From Catajapyx aquilonaris (lineage: Eukaryota), in assembly GCA_000934665.2 (NCBI GenBank), contig KZ538817.1, forward strand, positions 1 to 64,000: a stretch of DNA of 64,000 bases, given 5' to 3'. The translations under genes and the position numbers were made by a program. The notes beneath the pieces were generated by a model that saw only the letters and a list, made by a program, of their open reading frames with translations, made no database searches and had not been told where the DNA came from. Each line of letters starts with the position of its first letter. The first letter of the stretch is position 1. Shown here piece by piece: positions 63,070 through 64,000 of the stretch.

Positions 63070-64000
63070 GGGGGGGGGGGGGAGAGGGGGGGGGGGGGGG
63101 GGGGGGGGCGTAATACCCTCGAAAGTGTCGTAATAAACAGAGCGGCGAACGGCGCTCGTCCCGGCCCCGAATCTTTGCTATTACAATAGGAAACTGCGCA
63201 CCGGAGAGCAGGAGGATCCCAGAGAAGTCATTATTCGATTTCTAAAACTAAAAATGCCTAGAGGAACATGAACCTAGGAGAGGTCCGGGGGAAAGTCCCA
63301 GCAGATTTGCGTTAATTTTCTGCCGTTCTGCGCACACTGCCCCCCGGGGAACTGGGGGCTACAAGACAAAATATTCCCAAGTCTCGGAGTGATCGTAGGA
63401 AATGGTACAGTGGTCCTCGGGGACGAACGCCGAGTCGGGCTTATTCCAGGGAGGTGAAGCTGACTTTGCCAGAAGCTTTCTGGCGCAAAATATGAGCACA
63501 TAATTATCGGGAGGATGGGAGGGGAGGCGGGGAGGGGGAGGGGGGAGGATGCTTGGTAGGGATCGGCTGCGGAGGGAGACATGCAAACATTTCTCCTTCA
63601 ATTTCAATTTTCCGGAGCCGAGGCACCTGTCTCTTCCATTGTGCATGTTTGAGAATTTTTTTTGTTGCGGTTATCCCCTGAAGGACATGATACCACGTTG
63701 GCTCCGGGGGAGGTTAGGCGGACAAAAAAATTATCTAAGGCTCGCTGCAGACTTGTATTCAATTTTGGCGCATCTCTTTTTCTCACGGTGTTTGGTTCTG
63801 AACAAGCACGTGTAAGGATCGTTTATGCCAGCGGTGCAAATGAAAGGAAAAATATTTTCATTGCTGTATATTAACCCTGTACCGCGCATTGTGTCTTGAG
63901 GGCAACAATTAATTTGCGCAGGCGCCATAAGCTTCAACGTTGGTCCTGGAAACCACAGTGTGGCTTAATGTCACAGTTAGTTTGTTACCATCAGCTAGAT

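Noticed and set aside
62758..63189. ORFs containing poly-X and poly-Gly
   Set aside because: Artefacts of the N gap and the adjacent poly-G run.

Overview
Eukaryotic, intron-containing genomic DNA, most likely from an arthropod other than Drosophila (insect-type mRpS17 C-terminus, CENP-L present, tRNA-derived SINEs). The first 11 kb is a compact housekeeping cluster: the 3' part of the RNA polymerase II CTD phosphatase gene Fcp1/CTDP1 (+, 4 exons), a complete mRpS17 (-, 3 exons, 169 aa) and a complete head-to-head CENP-L (+, 3 coding exons, 322 aa). About 11.2-14 kb is a pile-up of transposon remnants (nested inverted repeat/pogo element, TCGA-rich MITE, SINE). From about 15.5 kb to the end lies the 5' part of a large developmental transcription-factor gene that the ORF track largely misses. 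Three short phase-1 exons (16015-16054, 30045-30137, 44816-45001) splice into MSRRKQAKPRALK (NuRD-recruiting motif) plus a C2HC zinc finger, best matching Oaz/ZNF423/ZNF521. Its 14-19+ kb introns contain homeodomain-site-rich islands and a pair of perfect EBF/Collier palindromes. No prokaryotic-type system (CRISPR, operon) is present. Family assignments are from recall of conserved motifs, not database searches.
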